A DNA stretch of 63,999 bases, counting the filler, from Vicugna vicugna (Eukaryota): the NCBI GenBank assembly GCA_013265495.1. It is 73 parts of 71 records of this genome, joined end to end, with 100 filler letters (N's around TTAATTAATTAA, not from the genome) between each part and the next. Parts side by side here need not be neighbours in the genome. Positions count along the whole stretch, not along the records: positions 37,274 to 37,877 come from PNXW01011069.1; positions 37,978 to 38,372 come from MU059779.1; positions 38,473 to 39,162 come from MU059782.1; positions 39,263 to 40,348 come from MU059783.1; positions 40,449 to 40,935 come from MU059784.1; positions 41,036 to 41,891 come from MU059790.1; positions 41,992 to 42,667 come from PNXW01011142.1; positions 42,768 to 43,515 come from MU059792.1; 65 more parts are not named here. One strand, written 5' to 3'. Of the stretch, positions 37,531-49,374 are shown in pieces. Positions within the stretch are counted from its first letter, which is position 1, and every line of letters starts with the position of its first letter. A model generated the notes under the pieces. The model was not told the origin of the DNA. It made no database searches and saw nothing but the letters and a program-made list of their open reading frames with translations. The position numbers and the translations under genes are program-made.

Positions 37531-39262
37531 AATAATTAATAATATTAACAAGTTAACAATATTAAAGTGACTAAAAATCAGGCTATTAAACAACTTGTAG
37601 AGCAGGATCCCTTTTATGTTAAAATATAGATGGGAAGGTAGACAGACAGGTAGGTATGTAGATAGACGATAGATTCCCTAATAAAGAAAAATCCACACTG
37701 GTAGATAAAAAGGCAATAATGGTTGTCTGTGGGAGATGAGGTTGTATTCAGTCTTTCACTTCTTGGGAAATGCAAGTAAGGTTTTAACATTTTATAATAT
37801 AATATGTATAACATAACATTAAGTTATACATTTTTTATGGTCTGATGGTTTTACAAACATTTTTTCTTCGATACAACNNNNNNNNNNNNNNNNNNNNNNN
37901 NNNNNNNNNNNNNNNNNNNNNTTAATTAATTAANNNNNNNNNNNNNNNNNNNNNNNNNNNNNNNNNNNNNNNNNNNNTGGCTGACTTCACTTAGAAGGAT
38001 GATGATCTCCAGCTGACGGACCATTTTCAGTGGAAGAGTTCTGAGTTCTTGGGGTGATTCAAGCCCAAACTGGGCTTCATGAGAGAGAGATGGATGTCTT
38101 GATATAATTCAAAAGATGGATGCTGAAACAACTGATTTGAAAAATAAAAGATTTCACAATACTCATACCCCTTAGTTGGTACACGTGTTTGTCTCAGGGA
38201 CANNNNNNNNNNNNNNNNNNNNNNNNNNNNNNNNNNNNNNNNNNNCCCATCATGTCTTCTACAGAGTTTATTATCTTTTTATTCCTGTTTTGACAGTTTG
38301 TTTTTTATAGTTTTAGCATAAACTTACAAATATTATGCTACCACATTGACAGAATACATTTAACTGTGCTGTNNNNNNNNNNNNNNNNNNNNNNNNNNNN
38401 NNNNNNNNNNNNNNNNTTAATTAATTAANNNNNNNNNNNNNNNNNNNNNNNNNNNNNNNNNNNNNNNNNNNNTTTGCAAAATTGCACAAGTTTTGGTTTT
38501 AATTACCTGAGCTACCTGTGATAATATTTCAAAATGGCACTTTTCAGTCGCTACTGTCTCGATAAAAGATGTGGTTTCATTATCACTTCTTAGACTTCTC
38601 GGGTAGTTAATGCCACTCTTGTCACTGGGCCGGTGAACACTTCCTTTTATCTGATATCCCATGAGACTCAGTGTACACATTGAGGAAAGGTGTAAAACAG
38701 GTGGGTATTTAGAATCAGGCAAGTGCCTTTCCTATGTCCAAACCATGAGTAGCAGTTGGAGGCCGAAGCTGTGTGAACCGCTGAGACCCTGTTTCTACTA
38801 GGTCCTCTGAACTTGAGGACTCATATATCCTAGTCAGGGGGCCTTGGTTGCATACACCAGACCAGATCTNNNNNNNNNNNNNNNNNNNNNNNNNNNNNNN
38901 NNNNNNNNNNNNNNNNNNNNNNNNNNNNNNNNNNNNNNNNNNNNNNNNNNNNNNNNNNNNNNNNNNNNNNNNNNNNNNNNNNNNNNNNNNNNNNNNNNNN
39001 NNNNNNNNNNNNNNNNNNNNNNNNNNNNNNNNNNNTTCTTTTGTGTTTATTTTTGTTGTGATGTGTACGTTTTATTGACTGTAGATATAAGGGGAGAGAC
39101 AAAAATTGTTTAAACTTATGTCACTTTTAAAAGTGTATACTTTTTCAATTAAAAGAAAAGCTNNNNNNNNNNNNNNNNNNNNNNNNNNNNNNNNNNNNNN
39201 NNNNNNTTAATTAATTAANNNNNNNNNNNNNNNNNNNNNNNNNNNNNNNNNNNNNNNNNNNN

Positions 39263-40348
39263 TGTTAGGGAAAGCTTGTGAAAATGCGTACAAGTGTCTA
39301 TATGAAATTATTCCTTTTGTAGCGGATGAAAAATCTGTAATCCACATGCTCTCAACTCAGGAATGCATGTTTGTCGAATCCGTCATGCATGTAACATGTA
39401 CGGAACACGGAATATCATGTTGAAGGAATCTATTCAAATTACATATCTCTAGGGTAGAATTCGCTCCAAGAGGGTTTTTCTGGGATCAAAGTGTGATTCT
39501 TGAAACTGGTGATAGGAGAAGCAACGAAGTCCAAGGAANNNNNNNNNNNNNNNNNNNNNNNNNNNNNNNNNNNNNNNNNNNNNNNNNNNNNNNNNNNNNN
39601 NNNNNNNNNNNNNNNNNNNNNNNNNNNNNNNNNNNNNNNNNNNNNNNNNNNNNNNNNNNNNNNNNNNNNNNNNNNNNNNNNNNNNNNNNNNNNNNNNNNN
39701 NNNNNNNNNNNNNNNNNNNNNNNNNNNNNNNNNNNNNNNNNNNNNNNNNNNNNNNNNNNNNNNNNNNNNNNNNNNNNNNNNNNNNNNNNNNNNNNNNNNN
39801 NNNNNNNNNNNNNNNNAAGTGTATATATGCCTTGTTTGGTGGATGAAAGGTCAGTAATCCACATGCTGACATCTCAGAAACACATGTTTGCCGAATAAGT
39901 CATGCATGTAGCATGTACGGAACCCGGAATGCCATGTTGATGGAATTCATGTAAATTACATATCTGTTTGTTGGTAATCGCTCAAGAAGTATTTTTTGAG
40001 AAAAATGCACGAGTTCGAAACTGTTGTTAGAAAACATTGTGAAAATGGTTACACGTGACTAGATGAAAATATTGTATTTATAGAGGATGAAAGATCAGTA
40101 ATCCACATGCTCTCAACTCAGGAATGCATGTTTCTTGAATCCGTCATGCATGTAGCATGTACGGAACCCGGAATGCCATGTTGATGGAATTCATGTAAAT
40201 TACATATCTGTTTGGTGGAAATCGCTCCAGAACTATTTTTCTGAGAAAAATGCACGAGTTCGAAACTGTTGTTAGAAAACATTGTGAAAATGGTTACACG
40301 TGACTAGATGAAAATATTGTATTTATAGAGGATGAAAGATCAGTAATC
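39263..40348 (+). repeat. SatB satellite (variant monomer order)
   Basis: The same monomer type occurs twice, 245 bp apart. Confidence 0.92.
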
Positions 40349-40450
40349 NNNNNNNNNNNNNNNNNNNNNNNNNNNNNNNNNNNNNNNNNNNNTTAATTAA
40401 TTAANNNNNNNNNNNNNNNNNNNNNNNNNNNNNNNNNNNNNNNNNNNNGG

Positions 40451-40618
<168 letters not shown>

Positions 40619-40876
40619 TGAGTGCAGCCCCTCGTGGCCCGGCTCAGACCCTCATCCTTCCTCCTTTCCCTACCCGCCACCCCCCGTTGTAGTCATCCCA
40701 GGTATGTGGGAGGGAGGGACTGTTTTCTTCTTTTTTCTCTTTGGAAGAAAGTATTTTGCCATGACAGTTCTCACTACAGCCTCTGTCCTCTCTGACGTGG
40801 GCTGCCTACCTCTTCCTCTTTCCCTGGAGGTGGGACCAGTGACCTTGGACCCTGGTGTGGATTCCCTGGTTTCTAG

Positions 40877-40935
40877 GCTTGGCTATAAGAAGTATGAACA
40901 CGTCCTCTGTACTCTGAAGGTGGACAGCAATGGTG
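40877..40935 (+). CDS. MKS1: MKS1 next exon (truncated by scaffold end)
   Basis: TTCTAG acceptor, then in-phase LGYKKYEHVLCTLKVDSNG, the direct continuation in MKS1. Confidence 0.92.
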
Positions 40936-41035
40936 NNNNNNNNNNNNNNNNNNNNNNNNNNNNNNNNNNNNNNNNNNNNTTAATTAATTAANNNNNNNNN
41001 NNNNNNNNNNNNNNNNNNNNNNNNNNNNNNNNNNN

Positions 41036-41891
41036 AGACTTGTGAGCATGTGGATTACTGAACTTTCATCCTCCGAAAAATGCGTATATAGACTTTGACA
41101 TATTTACTCTGACTTCATAGGTTTTTCCTATCACCAGTTTCTAAAATCGGACATTTGGCACCAGAAAACCCTCTTTNNNNNNNNNNNNNNNNNNNNNNNN
41201 NNNNNNNNNNNNTGTAATTTGCATTGTTTACATAACCATGGCATTCCGTACTGCGAACATGTTTCATGCATCACGGATTCCTCAAAGATGCATTTCTGAG
41301 TTGTGAACATGCGCATGACTGATGTTTCAACCACCAAAAAAGTTACCTATGCACTCTGAAATATTTACTTTGACTTCGTAGCTTCTTCCTATCACCAGTT
41401 CAAGAATCACACTTTGAACCCAGAAAAATCCTCTTGGGCAGAATCCTACCCTAGAGATATGTAATTTGAATAGATTCAATCTACATGATATTTCGTGTTT
41501 CTTACATGCTACATACATGACAGATTTGACATACATGCATTCCTGAGTTTTGAGCATGTGGATTAATGACCTTTCATCCACCAAACAAGGCGTATATACA
41601 CTAAGAAATATTTACCCTGACTTCATAGATTTTTCTATCACCAGGTTCTAAAATCGGACATTTGGCACCAAAAAACACTGTTAGAGCGAATTCTCACAAA
41701 TACACATGTAATTTACATTGTTTACATAACCATGGCATTCCGTATTACGAACATGATTCATGCATCACGGATTCCTCAAACTTGAATTTCTGAGTTGTGA
41801 ACATGCGCATGACTGATGTTTCAAACACCAAACAAGTTACCCACCTACTCTGAAATATTTACTTTGACTTTGTAGGTTCTGCCTATCACCA
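41036..41891 (-). repeat. SatB satellite (dimeric 494-bp variant)
   Basis: GCGCATGACTGATG at 41311 and 41805. Confidence 0.92.
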
Positions 41892-41991
41892 NNNNNNNNN
41901 NNNNNNNNNNNNNNNNNNNNNNNNNNNNNNNNNNNTTAATTAATTAANNNNNNNNNNNNNNNNNNNNNNNNNNNNNNNNNNNNNNNNNNNN

Positions 41992-42667
41992 AGCATGAAT
42001 GTGTCATGTTTAATGTGCCATATGACAATAAGCAAGTCAGGAAAACAGGCTCCTGTGCTTTAAGAAAATCTTTAGTAATGACGTTTGAAACTAAAAGTGT
42101 TTTTGTTTGACCTTCAGCTAGCCAGAAAATACAATTGACTCCTATTACCCATTCCTCAGGTGTCATGGTTTGATTGTATTAGGCACTTTTTCCTCATCTC
42201 CCCATCATGACTTTGCTCCATCAGCACAGATGGAGTGTCTCCAAGGCTGCTCTGTGTGCATGGGCGTGTGTGTGCACACATGTGCCCCCACTGATTGGTG
42301 CCACGGATTCATATCCAGGGGTTGTTCTATCTTATAACTCAGGCATTACTTTATTATATCCTATAAAACTGCTTTTAGATCATTGATTGAACTATAGACC
42401 ATCCTCTTGCCCACATTAGGAAGTGACGTCTTCCAAGACACAGGTCCTCTGTGCTTGTATTTATGTATAATTAAGAATTAAATATGCATGTTATCCCCTC
42501 ATATATTTAATTTGTGCCTTCCCAATTGAATGTGCAGAGTAAAGGCTAACTTCCCATAACAGGAGAATTTTTAGGAAGAAAGAAGAAGGAATTAGCAACC
42601 AGGGAGAAGACAGGATATCAAACAGGAGTTTGGTATAAAATCATTTACTCTAAAACTGCTCTGGCTC
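41992..42667 (-). repeat. Low-copy duplicated segment (paralog of 28111-28557)
   Basis: Reverse-complement match over ~410 bp. Confidence 0.9.
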
Positions 42668-42767
42668 NNNNNNNNNNNNNNNNNNNNNNNNNNNNNNNNN
42701 NNNNNNNNNNNTTAATTAATTAANNNNNNNNNNNNNNNNNNNNNNNNNNNNNNNNNNNNNNNNNNNN

Positions 42768-43515
42768 AAATCGCTCCAGAACTATTTTTCTGTGAAAAAT
42801 GCACGTATTCGATCCTATGGTTAGGGAAAATTGTGAAAATGTGTACACGTGTATAGATGGAAATATTGTTTTTAAAGAGGATGAAAGATTAGTTATCTAC
42901 ATGCTCTCAACTAAGGAATGAATGTTTGTCAAATCCGTCATGTATGTAGCATGTACGGAACACGGAATATCATGTAGACGGAATCTATTCAAATTACATA
43001 TCTCTAGGGTAGAATTCGCTCCAAGAGGTTTTTTGTGGGATCAAAGTGTGATTCTTGAAACTGGTGATAGGCAGAAGCTACGAAGTCAAAATAAATATTT
43101 CATAGTGCATAGGTAACTTGTTTGGTGGTTGAAACATCAGTCATGCGCATGTTCACATCTCAAAAATTCAAGTTTGAAGAATCCGTGTTGCATGAAACAT
43201 GTTCGTAGTACGGAATGCCATGGTTAAGTAAACAATGTAAATTACATGTGTATTTGTGAGAATTCGCTCAAAGTCTGTTTTCTGGTGACAAATGTCCGAT
43301 TTTAGAACCTGGTGATAGAAAAATCTATGAAGTCAGAATAAATAATTCAAAGTGTATATACTCATTGTTTGGTGGATGAAAGATCAGTAATCCACATGCT
43401 CACAAGTCAGAAATGCATGATTGCCAAATCCGTCATGCATGTAGCATGTACGGAACCCGGAATGCCATGTTGATGGAATTCATGTAAATTACATACCTAT
43501 TAGGTGGAAATCGCT
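42768..43515 (+). repeat. SatB satellite, one full ~740-bp trimer
   Basis: AAATCGCT at 42768 and 43508. Confidence 0.95.
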
Positions 43516-43615
43516 NNNNNNNNNNNNNNNNNNNNNNNNNNNNNNNNNNNNNNNNNNNNTTAATTAATTAANNNNNNNNNNNNNNNNNNNNNNNNNNNNN
43601 NNNNNNNNNNNNNNN

Positions 43616-44404
43616 GTGAGAATTCGCTCAAAGAGTGTTTTCTGGTGCCAGATGTCCGATTTTAGAACCTGGTGATAGAAAAATCTATGAAGTCAGAGTA
43701 AATAATTCTAAGTGTATATACGCATTGTTTGGTGGATGAAAGGTCAGAAATCCACATGCTCACAAGTCAGAAATGCATGATTGCCGAATCCGTCATACAT
43801 GTAGCATGTACGGAACCCGGAATGCCATGTTTTTGGAATACATATAAATTACATATCTGTTACGTGGAAATCGCCCCAGAATTATTTTTCTGTAAAAAAT
43901 GCACGAATTCGATCCTGGTGTTAGGGAAAGCTTGGTAAAATGTGAACATGAGTCTAGATGACAATAGTACTTTTATAGAGGAGGAAAGTTTAGTAATCCA
44001 GATGACCTCAACTCAGGAATGTATATTTGTCGAATCCGTCATGTATGTAGCATGTACGGAACACGGAATATCATGTAGATGGTATCAATTCAAATTATAT
44101 ATCTCTAGGGATGAATTTGCTCCAAGAGGTTTTTTGTGGGATCAAATTGTGATTCTTGAAACTGGTGATAGGAAGAAGCTACAAAGTAAAAGTAAATATT
44201 TCAGAGTGCATAGGTAACTTGTTTGGTGGTTGAAACATCAGTCATGCGCATGTTCACAACTCAGAAATGCATGTTTGAGGAATCCGTGATGCATGAAACA
44301 TACTCGTAATACGGAATTCCATGATTAAGTAAACAATGTAAATTACATGTGTATTGGTAAGAATTCACTCAAAGAGAGTTTTCTGGTGCCAAATGTCCGA
44401 TTTT
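43616..44404 (+). repeat. SatB satellite, 741-bp trimer
   Basis: GTGAGAATTCGCTCAAAG at 43616 recurs at 44357; internal monomers are 246-248 bp. Confidence 0.95.
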
Positions 44405-44504
44405 NNNNNNNNNNNNNNNNNNNNNNNNNNNNNNNNNNNNNNNNNNNNTTAATTAATTAANNNNNNNNNNNNNNNNNNNNNNNNNNNNNNNNNNNNNNNN
44501 NNNN

Positions 44505-45324
44505 ACATGCACTCAACTCAGGAATGCATGTTTGTCAAAGCTGTCATGTGTGTAGCATACAAGAACACGGAATATCATGTAGATGGAATCTATGCAAATT
44601 ACATATGTCTAGGGAAGAATTCGCTCCAAGAGGGTTTTTGTGGGATCAAAGTGTGATTTTTGAAACTGGTGATAGGAAGAAGNNNNNNNNNNNNNNNNNN
44701 NNNNNNNNNNNNNNNNNNNNNNNNNNNNNNNNNNNNNNNNNNNNNNNNNNNNNNNNNNNNNNNNNNNNNNNNNNNNNNNNNNNNNNNNNNNNNNNNNNNN
44801 NNNNNNNNNNNNNNNNNNNNNNNNNNNNNNNNNNNNNNNNNNNNNNNNNNNNNNNNNNNNNNNNNNNNNNNNNNNNNNNNNNNNNNNNNNNNNNNNNNNN
44901 NNNNNNNNNNNNNNNNNNNNNNNNNNNNNNNNNNNNNNNNNNNNNNNNNNNNNNNNNNNNNNNNNNNNNNNNNNNNNNNNNNNNNNNNNNNNNNNNNNNN
45001 NNNNNNNNNNNNNNNNNNNNNNNNNNNNNNNNNNNNNNNNNNNNNNNNNNNNNNNNNNNNNNNNNNNNNNNNNNNNNNNNNNNNNNNNNNNNNNNNNNNN
45101 NNNNNNNNNNNNNNNNNNNNNNNNNNNNNNNNNNNNNNNNNNNNNNNNNNNNNNNNNNNNNNNNNNNNNNNNNNNNNNNNNNNNNNNNNNNNNNNNNNNN
45201 NNNNNNNNNNNNNNNNNNNNNNNNNNNNNNNNNNNNNNNNNNNNNNNNNNNNNATCAGTCATGCGCATGTTCACAACAAAGAAATGTATGTTTGATGAAT
45301 CTGTGATGCATGAAACATGCTCGC
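44505..45324 (+). repeat. SatB satellite
   Basis: SatB motifs flank the gap. Confidence 0.9.
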
Positions 45325-45424
45325 NNNNNNNNNNNNNNNNNNNNNNNNNNNNNNNNNNNNNNNNNNNNTTAATTAATTAANNNNNNNNNNNNNNNNNNNN
45401 NNNNNNNNNNNNNNNNNNNNNNNN

Positions 45425-46156
45425 TCAACCACCAAACACGTTACCTATGCACTCTGAATTATTTACTTTAACTTTATACCTTCTTCCTTTCACCAGTTTC
45501 AAGAATCACACTTTGATACCACAAAAACCCTCTTGGAGCGAATTCTTCCCTAGACATATGTAATTTGAATAGATTCCATCTACATGATATTCGGTGTTCC
45601 GTACATGCTACATACATGACGGATTTGACAAGACAAATATACATTCCAGAGTTGAGGTCATCCTGATTACTAATCTTTCCTCCTCTCTAAAAGTACAATT
45701 TTCATCTAGACACGTGTACACATTTTCACAAGCTTTCCCTAAAACCAGGTTCGAATTCGTGCATTTTTCACAAAAAAATATTTCTGGAGCCATTTCCACC
45801 TAATAGGTATGTAATTTACATGAATTCCATCAACATGGCATTCCGGGTTCCGTACATGCTACATGCATGACGGATTCGGCAATCATGCAATTCTGACTTC
45901 TGAGCATGTGGATTACTGACCTTTCATCCACCAAACAATGCGTATATACACTTAGAATTACTTACTATGACTTCATAGATTTTTCTATCACCAGGATCTA
46001 AAATCGGACATTCGGCACCAGAAAACACTCTTTGAGCGAATTCTCACCAATACACATGTAATTTACATTGTTTACATAACCATGGCATTCCGTACTGCGA
46101 ACATGTTTCAAGCATCACGGATTCCTCCAACATACATTTCTGAGTTGTGAACATGC
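45425..46156 (-). repeat. SatB satellite
   Basis: Near-complete trimer. Confidence 0.94.
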
Positions 46157-46256
46157 NNNNNNNNNNNNNNNNNNNNNNNNNNNNNNNNNNNNNNNNNNNN
46201 TTAATTAATTAANNNNNNNNNNNNNNNNNNNNNNNNNNNNNNNNNNNNNNNNNNNN

Positions 46257-46341
46257 ACACTGTAAGAGCAGATGAGAGAGGCGGTGGCTCCCTCTGGAAC
46301 ATTCAGAATCTGCGCCGCTCCCTTGTGTCGGCTCCTCATCC
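46257..46341 (-). CDS. TRAV12-like V exon, 5' part (truncated by scaffold end)
   Basis: TTTGCACAG acceptor, in phase with the leader: WMRSRHKGAAQILNVPEGATASLICSYS, containing the first Ig cysteine. Intron is 197 bp. Confidence 0.82.
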
Positions 46342-46538
46342 CTGTGCAAAGAGACATCAAATGGCCAATCAGAGAAGATATATAATCTCCAGAATCTAAG
46401 TTGTCTTTCCACAGGCCTCCCACCTCTACCCTCCCTTATTTAAGGGAAAAAACACTCATGTTTCTATCCACGGGCCTACAAAAGCTCATGACTGCAAACA
46501 CCGAGCTTTATGTTCCTATAGAAACACTCCAAACTCAC

Positions 46539-46590
46539 AGGTCAGCTGAAGCCACAGGGTCACCAGGAAACCTCTTGAGGATTTCAGCAT
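46539..46590 (-). CDS. T-cell receptor alpha V gene leader exon (TRAV12-like)
   Basis: 52-bp exon from ATG, MLKSSRGFLVTLWLQLT, then GTGAGT donor; compare the human TRAV12 leader MMKSLRVLLVILWLQLS. Confidence 0.85.
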
Positions 46591-47126
46591 TCTCTCCTCC
46601 TCTGTTCACCAAGGATTCAAATTTTAGACCCTAAAAAAATGGGTCCAACTCAGACATTTCTACTTCTTCTGCTTTAGAAATCATGAAAAGCATCTGTTCT
46701 ACCAATGGGAACATCCCTCCTGCTACACCACCAAGCCCCTCCTCTCCTCTCAGCTCACTCTCTCTCTCTCNNNNNNNNNNNNNNNNNNNNNNNNNNNNNN
46801 NNNNNNNNNNNNNNNNNNNNNNNNNNNNNNNNNNNNNNNNNNNNNNNAGACCCTTATCTGATGAAAGTAAAAATCTGCCACTTCAGTTAAATTGAAAATT
46901 TGAGAAGCACCTTGTCCAAGTCAATGTGTGTGGGGAGAGGGTGATGTGTGGGTGCATATGTTTTACATCAAACGTTAATGATTGTCTGAGCAAAAGCGGT
47001 TATACCTAATGACCACGTTCCCACACNNNNNNNNNNNNNNNNNNNNNNNNNNNNNNNNNNNNNNNNNNNNTTAATTAATTAANNNNNNNNNNNNNNNNNN
47101 NNNNNNNNNNNNNNNNNNNNNNNNNN

Positions 47127-47865
47127 AAAGGGGAATATGTACTCTTCCCAAGGTAGTTCTGAGTGACAACATCTGCGGGTGTTTGGTTCCCAGAGCAACA
47201 GGAAACCTAGCTCCCCGTGGGGGCAACGGGAGTGATACCCGTAGCTGTTCTGCAGAAGCATCGGATGGAGGGCTGGATCAGGGAGGTAAAACTTCAGCTG
47301 CGGGTCTTGAAGGGTTACAGAAGGGTACAGAGGCAGGTTTGCTGCCTCCTTCGGGGTGCCCCAGAGGTAAATCTTTTTATCCATCTCCGACCCTCCCCTC
47401 TCCAGAGTCCTCCCTTCTCTCTGCTCCTCCTGTCCATCTGTCTCCCCCCACTGTTACCCTCCTCTCCACCCGCTCTCATCTTCTCCCTCCCTCGCTGTCC
47501 AACCTTCTCTCACAGAACCAAGAGCAGATTGCTGGTCCTCCTGCGCATGCGCAGTCGGTGCTATCTGGTCTGCTGGTTGGAAGCTCCATCTCCAAGCCAG
47601 GGATCTGCCCAAAGGCTTCTCAGCTGTGTCGCCCGGAAGGCCTTTGTCTCCTGCCTGGGGCCAGGGACTCTTGCTGTGGAACTGCAAGTTGGGGGGCCCC
47701 CGGGAAAGGGGTCAGGAGGCTGCGGGAGGGCGGTCCGCCTGTCACAGCCCCCCAGGGCGCCAGTTAGCCTGTGTTCAGCTGAATTGCTCAGGCCAGACCA
47801 CTTTGCCGGCGCCACCTGCCCCGGTGCCTCGGTCACACCTGTCCAGGTCCAGGTGTGCGCCTGCC
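47127..47865 (+). promoter_or_regulatory. GC/CpG-rich multicopy promoter-like element with NRF1 site
   Basis: CTGCGCATGCGCAG palindrome at 47541-47554; paralog at 5766-6448. Confidence 0.55.
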
Positions 47866-47965
47866 NNNNNNNNNNNNNNNNNNNNNNNNNNNNNNNNNNN
47901 NNNNNNNNNTTAATTAATTAANNNNNNNNNNNNNNNNNNNNNNNNNNNNNNNNNNNNNNNNNNNN

Positions 47966-48742
47966 CTCTGTGCCAGGTAATGCAAGGGGTGATTGCAGGA
48001 TATCCCAGTGCCCGAGGCTGTCTCCCCCAGGTCAAGGAATGTATTTCTCGGACTTCCCCGAACAGGGAACACCTGTGACTGAAGAGAGCTGCGTAGAGTT
48101 GTCTCTCGAACTCCTCCACGCACTGACAATGGTTCCGGAATCCTGAGGGTGGGGAGGTTCCACCAACGGTCGGCAGCGCGTGGGTTCTAACGGAATGCCT
48201 AAGCTCGTATTCCCTGAGGGTTTTCCTAATGTCTCTGTGCCAGGTAATGCAAGGGGTGATTGCAGGATATCCCAGTGACCAAGGCTGTCTCCGCAAAGTC
48301 AGGGAAGCTATTTCTCGTACTTCCCCGTACAGGTAACACCTTGACTGAAGAGAGCTGCGTGGAGTTGTCTCTCGAGATCCCCCACGCACTGACAATGGTT
48401 CCGGAATCCTGAGGGTGGGGAGGTTCCACCAACGGTCGGCAGCGCGTGGGTTCTAACGGAAGGCCTAAGCTCGTCTCCCCTGAGGGTTTTCCTAATGTCT
48501 CTGTTCCAAGGATTGCTAGGGGTGATTGCAGGATATCCCAGTGACCAAGGCTGTCTCCGCAAAGTCAGGGAAGCTATTTCTCGGACTTCCCCGTACAGGT
48601 AACACCTTGACTGAAGAGAGCTGCGTGGAGTTGTCTCTCGAGCTCCCCACGCACTGACAGTGGTTCCGGAATCCTGAGCGTGGGGAGGTCTACCAAAAGT
48701 CGGCAGCGCGTGAGTTCTAACGGAATGCCTAAGCTCGTCTCC
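47966..48742 (-). repeat. SatC satellite
   Basis: CTCTGTGCCAGGTAATGC at 47966 and 48233 (267 bp apart). Confidence 0.95.
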
Positions 48743-49151
48743 NNNNNNNNNNNNNNNNNNNNNNNNNNNNNNNNNNNNNNNNNNNNTTAATTAATTAANN
48801 NNNNNNNNNNNNNNNNNNNNNNNNNNNNNNNNNNNNNNNNNNAAGTTCTCATTGCCGATAAGAGACCACTGTAGGACTCAGATGTAAAACCCTATCTGTC
48901 TGAATCCATGTTCTTCTAAGAACAGAGACTCTCTTGTATTCCTAAGGCACAGGGTTACATAATGTTTTAAGAGACACTTGTCTAAAATAATAACTACAGA
49001 GTTTTTGACTTACTGTTCTCTTCCTAAAAATGAGAAAAACAGATGTTAGCAAAGGTCACACTGTCCTATTGATTTTCACATAAGCCCAGTCCCACATCAA
49101 AGTGGACAGTCCAGTGTTATCTGCAATTTCTGAACATTTCAAGGAGCTTAC

Positions 49152-49250
49152 TGTATTCGCTTTCTATTGCTATTGTAACAAGTATCCCCAAACGTCATGG
49201 TAGTAGGAAGAAAAAGAGGAAAAATTCTACACTAAACAACACAAATTTAA
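49152..49250. mobile_element. MLT1-type MaLR LTR end fragment
   Basis: TGTATTCGCTTTCTATTGCTATTGTAACAA...TAAACAACACAAATTTA. Confidence 0.55.
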
Positions 49251-49374
49251 CCTTGAAGTGTTCTTGAACGCAGANNNNNNNNNNNNNNNNNNNNNNNNNN
49301 NNNNNNNNNNNNNNNNNNTTAATTAATTAANNNNNNNNNNNNNNNNNNNNNNNNNNNNNNNNNNNNNNNNNNNN

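Noticed and set aside
38519..38652. Cluster of GATA motifs (possible enhancer)
   Set aside because: Three or four short motifs in AT-rich DNA are compatible with chance.
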